A stretch of 64,000 nucleotides of DNA from positions 69,254,001-69,318,000 of the forward strand of contig NC_043000.1 in assembly GCF_006345805.1 (NCBI RefSeq). Reading direction: 5' to 3'. Under the pieces are notes generated by a model. The model did no database searches, had not been told where the DNA came from, and worked only from the letters and a program-made list of their open reading frames with translations. Positions within the stretch are counted from its first letter, which is position 1, and each line of letters begins with the position of its first letter. The position numbers and the translations under genes were made by a program. Below, piece by piece: positions 27,977-41,600 of the stretch. This DNA is from Octopus sinensis (lineage: Eukaryota).

Positions 27977-28620
27977 AATAAGGAAAATAAGACAAGGTAG
28001 AAAATGCTTAAATAATTTTATCATGAAGAACATTTTAGTACCGGTTTCAGTCTCTGCGACTTTTTCGACTTAGAGTAAAGCATGAAAAACAATTAAATTT
28101 GACATAGACTAATTTTGGTTTGATATATGTATTGCTCACGACACCCAGAGCAGGTTAACACATATATCAGGTTACCTGAAGCACATGTGAAGTTGCTTTT
28201 CACTGTGAAACGCTGACCCTGTTTGAAAGAGAACTCTGATCCCTCAAATAAGTTAATACATAAACCACAGTTATGTCTTCCGCATTATTTTACTGACGGC
28301 TTCAGTGTTTTACTGACGGCTTCAGTGTTGTATTTTACTGACGGGCTTGTGTTAGGAGACTTTTCATAAACTTGGGCTGTCTTTTGCTTTCTATGATGGT
28401 GCTTTTTGAGTTTAAATTCATTCTGTGCTCCCTTTTTAGTAGGGGAATGTTTTGGAGGATGGTGTCGAAGGCTTCATTGTTAAGTGGGTTTTGTGTGGAG
28501 ATGTATGGTAAGGCTTTTGGTTGTAAATCCTTCTTTAATTTGGGATGTCTGAGATCGTGGATGTTGACGACTCTATTTCTAGCTTTCCTTCTTTCACCTT
28601 CTTTTCTCTCTTGCCCCATC
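27975..28620 (-). mobile_element. Penelope-like element 2 (internally deleted) with tail
   Basis: LPYISTQNP...IIESKRQPKFMKSLLTQAR followed by CGRHNCGLC...FTVKSNFTCASGNLIYVLTCSGC (start of GIY-YIG). The tail carries a hammerhead motif and ends in (TA)n. Confidence 0.85.
28035..28072 (-). ncRNA. Minimal type-I hammerhead motif, variant core UCGAAAA (U3-A8, C4)
   Basis: AG-TCGAAAA-AGTC gcaga GACT-GAAA-C CG G T-A-CT; palindromic stem III ACCGGT; GUA triplet; stem I weak. Confidence 0.55.
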
Positions 28621-29127
28621 TTACTTCTATTTCTAACATTTCTTCTTTCTGCTTTTTTTTCTTTCTCTCGCCCTCTTACTTCTATTTCTAGCCTTTCTCT
28701 TTCCCCATTTCCTCCTTCATTCCTTCCCTTGTTTCCTCTCTGACGCTCTCTCTCTCTCTCCCTCTCTCTTGCCCTCTCTTTCCAACCGGTCGCTCAGCTC
28801 TGGCTTGAGTATCCTCAGGCTATACATCAGAGCATCCTTCCTGTAAACAGATGTTCTGAGGAAAATAGGAGTATCTCACTGCCGATGATCGTGCGGCACG
28901 CTCATTCAGCAGCATGAATGTTGCTATGCCCTCGCACAAAGGCTAGATAGTCGTTGATTCTACGTTTAGTTCATCCGTCTTTTTGACAGATATTGTTTTT
29001 TGTCCTATTTGGTTTCTAGCAATCATCCTTACCAGGCAAGCCTAGCCGGGGAGACGGTTTATGGTCAACGACTCGATCATACAACGGGTAGTATCAGACA
29101 TATTACGAGTAGCCCTCATGAGCGACA

Positions 29128-29181
<54 letters not shown>

Positions 29182-29549
29182 ACACGCATGCACATATGTA
29201 AATACACACGCATTCTTCGTTTAATTGATTATTATTATTTTACTTGAGATAGTCTCCACATATTATTAATTAATAGAAGCAAACACAGCGTAACGAACAC
29301 GTGTAAATTCCTCATCGTATAATGACAGCGAACGAAGTTAGACTCCAACCTGCCTTTATCACAAACATCTGCATTTAATGCAAGGAGGAACACAGTTAAT
29401 GGCACGTGAGTTAGTAAGGCATAGAGTTTGAAGGGCAGATGGAATTACACCGTCTATGAATTATACAATGACTTCCAGGTAGTAAATTATCATTTTTATA
29501 TATATTTCATGTCTATGCTTTTATTTCAGATTGATGCTGCTTACTTTGC

Positions 29550-29580
<31 letters not shown>

Positions 29581-29649
29581 TGTATGTATGTATGTATGTA
29601 TGTATGTATGATGTGTGTACGTACGTATGTTTGTACGTCTTCGTTGGGC

Positions 29650-29930
29650 TCGCAATCATGAGGTAGTGATTTCGATTCCCGGACCTGGCTGTGTGTTATG
29701 TTTTTGAGTAAGATGCTTTATTATTCCCGTTGCTCCAGTTCACTCAGCTGTAGAAATGAGTTGTGACGTCATTGGTGCCAAGCTGTATCGGCCTTTGCCT
29801 TTCCCTTGGAAAACATCGGGGGCGTAGAGAGAGGAGGCTGGTATGCATGGGTGACTGCTTGTCTTCCAGAAATTCCTTGCTCGGACTTGTGATAAAGACT
29901 TTGCAGGGGAACTCTCTAGGCGCAATCCCA
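29650..29930 (+). mobile_element. tRNA-derived SINE (third family)
   Basis: B-box-like GATTTCGATTCCC followed by TTGAGTAAGATGCTTTA...GTTGCTCCAGTTCACTCAGCTGTAGAAATGAG. Confidence 0.7.
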
Positions 29931-30294
29931 TATGTATGTATGTAGTATGTATGTATGTATGTATGTATGTATGTATGTATGTATGTATGTATGTACGTAC
30001 GTACGTACGTTGCTGGTGAATGCTGCTGGTAACATGTAACTCAACACGCTGCTGCATGGTCGAGTCAGACGACTAAACCAGTAATCTTCTCAAGTCTGAT
30101 TGTTGTTGGTAACTTCTGGGTTCTTTACAGGATTAAAAGCGAAACTTGTCAAACCGTGGATGATCTCAGGAGAGTTAGCAGCCATCCAATAAATTTTGTG
30201 TGTGTGATTATTGTAGCCAGTACCTCACATCTGGCATACACACACAGACACACGCGCGCGCATGTGTGTGCATGCGTGCATATATTGGTTTCAA

Positions 30295-30490
30295 GGCCGA
30301 CAGTTTAGGGGAAGGGCATAAGTCGATTACATCGACCCCCGTGCTCGACAGATACTTATTTATTTCATCAACTCTAAAAGGATGAAAAGTAAAATCGACC
30401 TCGGCGGAATTTGAACTCAGAACTTAAAGACGGACGGAATGCCGCTAACTACTTTGTCCAGAGTGCGAACGATTTTGCCATCTCGCTAAC
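30295..30490 (-). mobile_element. SINE (same family as 12310)
   Basis: AAAATCGACCTCGGCGGAATTTGAACTCAGAAC. Confidence 0.8.
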
Positions 30491-31259
30491 GTTGTGTGTG
30501 AATATATTAAAACGCTTCTCTTACTTCAGACCAGTGGTATTTGAAGTTTTTGTAAATTTTTATTTTATTTATTTATTTTTGCTTGTTGCTGACTTAACGG
30601 CTTCGTACATTTCAAGATAGCACTCATGTTACACAAGCACCTGTCACTATAAAATTTGATTTGTGGGTACTTGTGGTGTCTCATCTTTTCTATTTTCGCT
30701 TTCCATTGCATGTCAAGACTCAAATCTTAAGGAACAACAATTAGATGGCTGAACTTTCGTTGTGGTGATTGCGTTATCTGGAATGCCTGCGATTATAGAG
30801 TTACTTCTGAAGTTTACTCGCTTATAAGGTTACACGGATGTTGTATTAAAAACAAAAGCAGTCGTGACCCTTCGGCTGCCCGCACAGCTGTGTCTTCCGT
30901 TGAAGTGACTTCAAGTGTCCGAGATTCGGAAACTTTGTGTTGCCATACTAGTACATGCCTACGTCATCGTGAGGGCTCATGACAGCTGAGTTACTAATTA
31001 TTAAGAGGTAAAATATGGAATGCAAGAAGGAGTTATATCCGAAAGCGACTCGGTATCATTAACATTGCTCCGATTATACATGTTTTTCATATCAAGCAAC
31101 ACAAACAACGAACGCCATAGCTGCCCTCCTCTTACTATATATAGTAAGAGCTGGCAGAAACGTTTGCACGCCGGGCGTGCTTTCTCTCTCTTATCAAACT
31201 CATGCTATATCAACTCTGAACAAACAGGTACCCAACATGTACGCAGCTCCAGCATCGAA

Positions 31260-31597
31260 CCCAATACATTAGATCACAACTAAAGCTCAACCTATCTTAC
31301 TAACACTATCCAGAATACCACCACAACTTCCACCACCGTTACAGATAGAATAATTACCAACAACGATAGCAATAATAACTAAAATAGTAATAATAATACT
31401 AATAACATAGACCTTTCTAGCCCCATCTCTAACCTCTCCTTTGACAATATTACCTCGTCCATTCCTGGAAATAATCCGCAATATACACCCTCTTGTAACT
31501 GCCGACCTGGGTCCATCTGCCCTCTATAAACCCATTGTAGAAGATCTAATGTAATTTATAAATGCACCGTCCTCAACACTTTACACAATTATACAGC

Positions 31598-31629
<32 letters not shown>

Positions 31630-32400
31630 ATATATATATAGGATCAACCATAATTTTAAACAGCGATATGCTGCTCATCTCAATTCTTTTAGATACAAGA
31701 AACAGTAAATCCACAACACTCACCAGTCACATACATCATCTCAAAAATAGAAATATTCCCTATACTTTGTCGTGGTCAATAATAGATTCAGAGCTTCCAT
31801 ACCAAGGTCAACGTTTAGCCTGTAAGTTATGCCTAAAAGAGGCATTCCACATATTAAAACACACCTCTTCGACACTACTGAATAAATATAATGAGGCCCT
31901 AAGTACATGCAACCACCGCTTTTTCCATACCTTTTTGCAACCTTTTTGCAACCCAAATAATCACACTGCATATATCCACAACACCCCTTGGGTAATCCCT
32001 AACAACCCTACTTAACTTTCCTTTATCTCCATTTTAATTTTTAATTTTTAATTTTTAATCTTTAATTTCATAATTCCCCTATCCTACTTTAAGGATCTCA
32101 GTAATTTAATACTACATATATGGACATACAAGCGGATACATATGTGTGTGTGTAAATGTGTATGCACATATTTATATGTGTGTATATGTATATGGGTATA
32201 TGTATGTATATATATGTGTGTCCGTGTGTGTATGTATATGTATGAGCATATGTATATACAAATATATATGAGTGTGTATGCGTATATATGTATACGTAAG
32301 TGTGCGCCTGTGTGTATGTATCTGCATGTGAATTTATGTGTATATGTATGCGCATGCATATGCGTGTATGAATACATTTATTGTTGGGCGTGAGCATGCA

Positions 32401-32431
<31 letters not shown>

Positions 32432-33413
32432 ATGTATATACGTATGTATATATCTGCATATATGTGTGTGTGTATACATAATGACATACGCGCGTACATA
32501 TGTCATTATACCTTCTTTTCTCCTCTCTGATTCCTACCTATTACACTAAGCTATCACATAGTCTTTCTATAGAAATTTGACATCCTTATATTCTTCCCTC
32601 CCCTATAAATCTTACTTCTAAAACTACCACTCACTTTGGTATCACCCCACCCATACCTTTTCTCTACCTATCCCTTAATGCAGCCCTATCATATCACCCC
32701 TACTCATATATCTCACACTTATTCTCTCCTAACCTTCTCATCTCTTCCTATCCCTCCCCTCCTCTCCCATCATCACTTCACATTATCTTGACCACCAATT
32801 AACACTACTTTTCTCACTTCTTTCACCCTTTCTTCATTTTTCCAGTCTTTTTACCTCTTTTGTTTCTCTGTCTCTATTTTTTGTCTTTTTTCTCACTTTC
32901 TCCCTCTCATTTTCTCTTCCTGTTTTTATTTTGACCTATATCTTCATTCTAATCATACACATCACTCCCCACCCCATCTATCCACAAATACTACCAATAC
33001 ATTCTCAAATCTTCATTTACACCATAAAATCCTTTCGAATGAGCAACACAGAATCTACAGCTCCATACTTTGAAATGACTAAACAGGAACTACTATGTAC
33101 TATGTACAAGAAACTCTTTTACCATTTCTATACACTTTCCTCGAATATTTGAACTGCAACTAAAATATTTTGATATATTTTATTTCTACTTTCATTCTCT
33201 TATTTCCATCTATATTCCCTATCTCCTCCTTTTCCATAATAATTCCTTATTTCGAACTCAAATATATATACCTCTATTTAACCATAGCACCCCGTCTCTG
33301 ATGAAGGGATATCCATAATATCTCAGAAACAGCTGTAAGATTATATCTATACATTTTTCCTTATAAATGTTCTGAAAACTCCTCACATCCCTGGCTTTGT
33401 TATCTCATTTAGT
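31260..33413 (+). mobile_element. Penelope-like element 3: linker, GIY-YIG and long tail/pseudo-LTR
   Basis: Thr/Asn-rich linker, CNCRPGSICPL (CxCx5C), SNVIYKC, (TA)n-GST, STTLTSHIHHLK, LSWSII, CKLCLKEAFHI, TCNH. Tail contains a hammerhead at 33294. Confidence 0.85.
33294..33341 (+). ncRNA. Minimal type-I hammerhead ribozyme, canonical core
   Basis: GTCT-CTGATGA-A-GGGATAT ccata ATATCTC-A-GAAA-C AGCT GT-A-AGAT: stem I 4 bp, stem II 7 bp, palindromic stem III ACAGCTGT, predicted cleavage after 33337. Confidence 0.8.
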
Positions 33414-33608
33414 CTAAAATACATACAGATATAGATATATCGTTAGTAAAACATAAATCCGAAAAAGAAGCACACTCAAAGTTAGAGCAGTATATTGTAT
33501 AAATAAAGCTAGATAACACCGGTTTATGGGGTTATAGTTCAAATTTACAGAAAATAAAAAAACGAAGACAAGTATAGGAGCAACAAGTAGGTGCATTAGT
33601 GGAAAAAT

Positions 33609-33644
33609 CTTTCACGTTTCGAGCCTACGCTCTCCAACAGAAAG
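33609..33644 (-). ncRNA. Hammerhead relic (opposite strand)
   Basis: CTTT-CTGTTGG-A-GAGC gtag GCTC-GAAA-CGT-G-AAAG: stems I and II intact, palindrome ACGT, but A6U, A9G and a non-cleavable G17. Confidence 0.55.
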
Positions 33645-35270
33645 GATCAAGAGGAAAAAAATGGAGAGAGTATGAAAAAACAGAGCGAGAAAAAAAGTGC
33701 TGAGTTCAACGGTCGAAGATGGCGAAAGGACTGGAAAAAAGAAGTTGAATGAAAGGGATATAAGAAAAATAATAATCATAACGGTAATTAGTGACCCCAA
33801 CGAACGAAAGTACGCAAGCCTCTGTATGTGGATGTGAGAATGGTGTGTGTGAGTGTGTATCTGTGAATGGGAGCGAGTGAGTCTAACGTGTGTGTGTGTG
33901 TGTGAATGAGGGTTAGTGAGTTCAATGCGCGCGCGCACGCTCGTGTGTGTGACGAAATAGTGTGCATGCGAATAGTGTATGCTTACGGCGAAAAGTTATC
34001 TTTGTCTATGCGTCTTGCGTGTGTGTGTATATACTGTCTATGTCAGGTATTATGTGCTTGTGTTGGTATGGGGGTGTGCATTATGGTGTGTGGTGTGTGT
34101 ACTGAGTTAAACAGCGTTTGTGTAGCTGCTCGTGTAGTGGTGTATACTGTAACGCTATTGAAAATTGGGTGGGTATGTGGACAATGGTGTGCGGTGTGGG
34201 TGCTGAGAAGCGTTCGGTGCTAGTGTGTGTGTGTGGAGTGGGAAGGCGTTTAAGGGTGTGTGTGTGATGGTGTAGATAGATTGAGAGATAGATAGATTCA
34301 TACATACGTAAATACATAAAATGCGTACATACGTATATGTGTGTATGTGTGTACATATATACGTCGCGTCAAAAAACTTAAGTGAGGGCAGCAATGTCAG
34401 GATCCCTCCTGCACCAAAAGTCAGTCGTATTAAAATGGCCATTGAATAGGCTATGTTGGAGAACACTAGCGGTGCTCCAGCATAGCCACAGCCTTTGGGC
34501 TGAAACGCATAAAAGAATACATACACAGATACATGCATATATGTATGTATGTATGCATGTATGTATGTATGTATGTATGTATGTATGTATATGTATGTAT
34601 GTATGCGTTGACGCGGGTATTGAAGTAGAAGAGCTGTTTATCTCTTTAACTAGAATTTCGGAGCACGTTTTGCCGTTTTTCATTCTGAATTAATAAAAAT
34701 GTCGATGTAAAGCAGTACGACTAGAATTTCGTGGGCGAGGGCTAGTAAAGAATTGACAATCCAAAATATTCTGCTAAGATATTTAGGAATAACCACACGT
34801 TTGTAAACGAAATTTATTTTTAGACTAGGGATGAAGAAAGTTGAATAGATAGAGTAGACCAAAAATGAAGAAATAAATCAAATCACAGTGTACGGGCTTT
34901 GATATTTTCTCCCGTAACAACTTATGCGTTTTTTGTCTTTTTATTCTGATTCCTTCGTCTTCCGATTTGGAATAGAATATATTTTTCTTCTCTTTCCTCT
35001 ACAAATAAATGACATTAGAAACGTATAGCTATAATGAAAAACTTTTAGCTTTGTCAAAAGTTAACACACATACATACACACAAACGTACGCACGCATGCA
35101 CGCACTCACACACGCATACACACACATGTATGTATGTATGTATTTATGTATATACATATATATATATATATATACATACACACACGTACTATATACATAT
35201 ATATGTACATACATACATATATATATATTTACATGTATGTATGTATATACATATTTGTGTGTGTCTATCA

Positions 35271-35301
<31 letters not shown>

Positions 35302-35341
35302 TTATCTATCTATCTATCTATCTATCTATTTTTTTATATCA

Positions 35342-35373
<32 letters not shown>

Positions 35374-35393
35374 ACATATATATATATATATAC

Positions 35394-35469
<76 letters not shown>

Positions 35470-35611
35470 CATACATATAAAAAAGACTCAATTCTCCTTT
35501 AAATGACGGTGCCCCAGCATGGCCACAGCTCGTGAGCTGAAACTAGATAAAATAAAATAAAATAAAATAAAATAAATATATATATATATATATATACATA
35601 CATACATACAT

Positions 35612-35678
<67 letters not shown>

Positions 35679-36756
35679 TACACATATATTTATCAAAATA
35701 TGAACATGCCTCTGTGCGCGCGCGTGTGTATGTGTGTCTGTGGGTGTCTGTGTGTACACGTGCTGTGTGTGTGTGTGTGTGTGTGTGCACGTGTTTCTCT
35801 GAGTGTGCTGTAATGTTTCTATGCATGAATATGTGCGTATTATTTCTAAATGGCATAGCAGAGACCCTTAAAAAAGAAGATAAAGCCGAACAGATAACGA
35901 CATTCTTAGGAGTGAATCTGTCTCTGATGTCATAACAATAAAATTACACGAATGAAGTAACGCCTTCAAAATAACTACACCCTCCTACTTTGAAAAATTA
36001 AAAAAGAAGCCTACTTATTTATAATTTACCCAGAAACATGTAAAACGTTTTAAACGAGTGTACAGGACGTGGGCTAAAGAAAGAGAAGTTAATCCTGTTA
36101 TGATTTGCAGATGGGGGATACCCTAAAAAGTAGAATGGCGTACCGGTAATATAATGCCATATTTGGGATGCTTCCTACGTAATAACTGGAAGTAGTTTAG
36201 TTGGCCACTTGTCAACATGATTATAGCTATATATATAAAGATGATCGTTTTCACTCAATATTAAATTGGATCGTTCTAAGCACACAGGTTAGTGCTAATC
36301 AGCGAGAAGCAACTCTTTATTATATAGACGGTCACTATCGTAAGAAATTTCATCATGCTTTGCCAAACCATTGTAGTTTTCTGCCTGATGTTGGTATGTA
36401 ATGAATTTCGATTTTATTATATTTCTAACTATATTACTTCCATTCAATTATTTCTTACTTTCAGCGATGTTCATTACATTTATATACATACATTCATACA
36501 TACATACATACATACATACATACATACATACTACATACATACATACATACATACATACATACATACATACATACATGCATGCATACATACATACATACAA
36601 ATACACACTCATATATATATATGTATGTATGTATGCATATACACGTTTAAACATGTAAATATATATGTATATGTGTGTATGTATCTATATATATATGCAT
36701 ATATATATATATGTATATATATTTATATATATATGCATGTATGTATGTCTGTCTGT

Positions 36757-36801
<45 letters not shown>

Positions 36802-36807
36802 ATATAT

Positions 36808-36845
<38 letters not shown>

Positions 36846-37374
36846 CACATACATATTTTATGATCCACGTTATATGTACATGTACATGATTTAATGTAAG
36901 AAATTGATAACATTGTTAACATGTAAATAATCGATATTGATTGAGAGATAAAAGTCTGATTGAAAGTATGCGTGGTCCTAATTGCATGGGCACAGTGTCA
37001 GAGACAACCAGGTGGGCATCACGATTCTTCTGTTGTCAGATAGTGATGTTATCTCGAAAAGACATAACTGGAGTAATGCTTTAGAACAATACCAAAAATA
37101 GTAGAAATATATTCGAAAATAAAAGTATTTTATACACCCCCACCACACAACACAACACAACACACACAAACAAATATATACATGCATATATATATATATA
37201 TATAATATATATATATGTATATATTTATATATATATGTATATATTTATATATACATGTATATATTTATATATACATACATCTATTTATTCATATATATAT
37301 ATGTATATATATAATATATATGCATGTATGTGTATTCACATATATATAGATATATATTAATACACCAACTATTC

Positions 37375-37632
37375 TGCCTATATGTCTGTGCACACCTTTC
37401 AATGCCATGTATGCCATAAGGTCTGCAAATCTAACGGAAGCCTCAAAAGACATTGTAAGATCCACAAAGATCAGAACTTAACTGTAGCTCTTGGTGATCC
37501 AAATCGGATATGCAATCTATGTGGGTGTCTTTTCAAAACATTGGTTTAAAAAGCCACATCAGATGCCATGATGATTTTAAGGTGTAGGTATAGGAGGTGA
37601 TCAGTCTCTTCATAAGGAGTAGACAGCCACTA
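37375..37632 (+). mobile_element. LINE-type 3' end fragment encoding two C2H2 zinc fingers
   Basis: FQCHVCHKVCKSNGSLKRHCKIH and ICNLCGCLFKT..LKSHIRCH (second finger frameshifted), then a short tail ending in (TA)n. No TGEKP linker. RTE-like origin is inferred. Confidence 0.55.
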
Positions 37633-38384
37633 TATATATATATATTTATACATATGTGTGTGTGTGTGTGTGTGCGTGTGTGTGTGCGTGTGTGTATGTG
37701 TGTGTGTGTGGTGTGTGTGTGTGTGTGCGTGCGTGTAGTTTCACACATGTAGGTATAGACACGCCGTAGCATATGGTACATAATATTTTGTTTCAGTGAC
37801 GGACATTTCTCCTGAAGTGCTAGACATATACCCATTTATATTATGAAATATTTGGAGCTATGGTATTCAGTAAAAGTGATGCAGCAACTGAAAAGTGTCA
37901 ATTTCTGATCCAAGATATAACAAAGACATGCATGATATTGCCCTGTATCAATTGTTCAGATACAAGACATTCTGTTTCGAGAGCTGTATCTTTAATCAAG
38001 CCGTGTAAAACCATTTGAATACCTCTATGACCAGCTCTGTAATGCTATCAGTCACTTGGAATCAAATATAAACTATCTGTAACGTATGACTGTACCGAAA
38101 AACAGTTTTATATTCAACTAAGTCATATTATGTTTCGAAGAATAGCTACCTCAAAGTGAAATTAACTACCTGATATATATATTATGAGAATTTTTTGAGG
38201 ACATGAAAGAATTAACGGAATATGTCAATTTCTGATACATGATATAAATAAAAAAAATGTGTGATCTTTAATGTTTGACAACATTTAAATGACGGCTATC
38301 TGTGTTATACAACACATAGGAGATTATATGATCTTTGACAGGCTAGATCCACTCATCGAGGGGTGAAATACGGAAGCACTTGAC

Positions 38385-38712
38385 TAGTAGTTCTCAATCA
38401 TTTTTTTAATCTATGAACCCCTTTGGTGGCTTATCCCTGCCCCATATCCATTCGATGTTTAATAACTAATTTTAAAGACACATCTTTCAAAATTCCTGTT
38501 TTGTTATCCACTCATTTACTTATATAGATTGAATTATGTAAAATGTTAGCGAAAGATACGTAGCTGTTTCTTGCCATACATATATTTAGATGAGAACATT
38601 TCATGGACCCTTAAAATACTTCTGTGGGGCCCTAATTTACTATTTTGCTAGCATGGGCCCAAATCTTATCTGGACCACCAACGTTCATATGGAACCTGAT
38701 CGAGAACATCTG
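38385..38712. mobile_element. hAT (Charlie-like) MITE
   Basis: Ends TAGTAGTTCTCAATC...GATCGAGAACATCTG; 8-bp TSD CACTTGAC/CACTAGAC (7/8). Confidence 0.75.
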
Positions 38713-40571
38713 CACTAGACAATGTTTTACAGTATTTTATGTCGCTCTAAATTCCGATTTACAATCACGTTTGAATACTTTTAGGGCGTTAAAATAAGTA
38801 AGCACAATATACTAAGTTTGATCTAACCCTGAGATATCTAAGTTGTCTGCTTCTGAACTTATATCGAGAACACATAATTCATCCACATTTTCACTTCAAC
38901 ACTTGATTGATTACTATTTACTATAAAATTTTAAAGATAAATTTTTCATATGGATTTCATACTAGAAACCACATGAACATTACTCCATGACATTTAAGCG
39001 TAATCTTGGTTTAAAATATTTTATCTTTTTGATTGTAATATTTCAACCTTTTCTCAAGCACATAATTCCCCTTAGGGAAGTTTATAAGTGGATTGTTTTT
39101 GTTACGCAAAACTAGTCTAATTTTCTCGGACAATATTCTATATTTTGCAGAATTCGCCGAATCTAAAAACGTAAATGAAATACAGTTGTCTGCACTGATT
39201 CAGGCATAAATGTCTATGGATTTTCTTTTCAGCAGTGAATTTATCGGAGGAAAGAAAATATTCCAGATCATATATTGTAATATAAAATCAGAATCCTATT
39301 AACTAATGTAAACACATTGGTAGTTCACCAATTTCCAATCAAGCCCTATTAGCAGAATTAATCTTAATCCTTTCTTCAACGCTGTGTATGTTCATTGTTT
39401 TAAAACCTATGAAATTAGATCATGAGAAATTATAATATTTTAAGAAGGTTCTCTTCGAGTGAGCAAAATTTATGCATTGAAAAGAACATAATGAAAGGAA
39501 AGAGAATGTGAAAGAGAGAATGTGCGTAAGAGAGTAGAGAAAGGCCAACAGAGAGAGTGGGAGAGAGACCCGAATCAAACAGTTTATTAGGTGATAGAAT
39601 GGACCTGAATAACACGAGAGAAACCATTGAAAAGTGGATAAGCGACTATATTTCTCATATTATTCGAAGTTAACATTCTTATGCTATTAACCTCAAGAAT
39701 ACGATGGATCAGGAAATTGTCATTGATACTGCTAAATGTTTACCTTTTCTCAAATGTTTTTCTCAATGTTCATCAAAAATTTTTATAAATTTCGTTAGAC
39801 ATATTTACATATTTGAAGAAACAACCATTCCACGTTAACCTATACTGGAAAGAATATAAAAGAATTGACAAATACAGACATATCTTTTTTTTTTAATGTA
39901 AAACGCGTTCATAAGTATTTCCTCTTAAATTTTCTTAAGATTTAGTGTCAAGGGAAGAGTGTTACACTTAGTAAATCATTCGATGTATTGATATCAAATT
40001 ATTTATTTTAGTCAGCTACAATATCTATGCGGAGAAAAGGGATCATTTCGTACGAATCAGATAATACGATTTTTATCAGAAAAGTGAGATTGCAGCAGAA
40101 AACCCCTTACTTTGGACGCATATAGCAGGAAGTTAAAATATTCAGATAGCTACAATTTTTGAAAATAAATTTCTCGGAGATTAGCTCATACTGTAAATTT
40201 TCTTATTTTCTAAATAAGGATCAATAATCTCCCAGAGATTAGCTCATACTGTCTCTACATAATGTCTATATTTATTCAGTGTTATTTCATTGGTAGTTAA
40301 AAATTCCGTTCTACACCAATAATTCGCCTAACATAGCCGAATATACTGTTAAAATTGTTAGATATGCTGTCTCAACGCTGCTGAGCTTTATCATGTCACG
40401 TTTTCAGAAATAAACTACTGATTAGAATATACTAACCACCTAAAATCTTAATTCGTGTGTCTCTCATAATGTTTGGTCCAGTAAAATATCCAGCCTTTCT
40501 TTTATAATAATTTTTAATTCAGAACTTACTCGTGATACAAATGTTAGACTATTTTAAGCAAAATATCATCT

Positions 40572-40613
40572 ATGGAATATATTTTTATTATCCTTGACGC
40601 TTTCCTTTCCACA
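40572..40613 (+). CDS. VWA/mucin gene exon 1 (putative signal peptide, MEYIFIILDAFLST)
   Basis: ATG, 14 codons, phase-0 donor ACA|GTAAGA that joins exon 2 in frame. An Asp in the hydrophobic core lowers confidence. Confidence 0.55.
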
Positions 40614-40762
40614 GTAAGAAGTCAGTTAGAATGAACTTTGGATTATCTCATCTCAGAGTATATAGACACAAATTTATAAACAAAATAAATGAATAATTGA
40701 CCGATAAGCTTTTTAAGTTTCTGTATTAAAATTGACGTCTGTTTTTCTTTTTCTTCTTCCAG

Positions 40763-40790
40763 GTCTCAGCCTTTAGTATGCCAATGAAAC
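40763..40790 (+). CDS. VWA/mucin gene exon 2 (28-bp micro-exon, VSAFSMPMK+C)
   Basis: Strong acceptor TTTTTCTTTTTCTTCTTCCAG| and donor |GTAAGT. Phase 0 in, phase 1 out; C+GT gives Arg before the VWA N-terminal Cys. Confidence 0.8.
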
Positions 40791-41600
40791 GTAAGTTGTA
40801 GTTGTATAGTTTTACATCTTTCAAATAGTAAATAATGAATTTCTCTTTATATAGGTTAAACTTCCATAATATTATTCTCTCTTTAGATTTGTAAATTATT
40901 TCTTAAATACTTTTATATACATCATCTGTCTCACTTAAAACCACTTCACACACTAGGTTTACAGCATAGCGTTATTTGAAGTCCTTGCACTTACCATTTA
41001 GGTTTTCAATGACGTCACAAACAAAACTGGTTATAATTTGCAATGTTTCCCACAAAATATAAGCGGAAGTTCGGATATATTTAAATATTCTAGACTGCAA
41101 TGATTACTAAGTCATGATGGACATGTTTCCTTTATCTAGCATTTAATTTCACTGAAATAGGTTAGAAATTCCCCTGCCTACTTACAAATATACACATACA
41201 TAAGATATAATGGTTCCTTTATCTAGCATTTAATTTCATTGATATAGGTTAGAAATTCCCCTGCCTACGTGGGAAATACTCACAAATATACACAAATGTA
41301 TGCGAACCATATATGTACACATAAGATATAATGGCTAGCCATATCTACATATATCAAGTATAGCAATGTAGCATCGTATGGTTAAATTATGATTCACATG
41401 AATCCGCCTATTGTGTAAGTTAATATTGTAAGAATCATTTGTCAACTGTTGTAAAATGTAACAATGTTGAAAGAAATTTCGAATCGTGTCACTTCAGGAT
41501 CATTCGCACTTGAACTATTTTATAATTTTATCTTTGAAACATCCATCAAATTATGTCTCAAAAACGCTTTTTTCTTTACTATATATATATATATATAACA

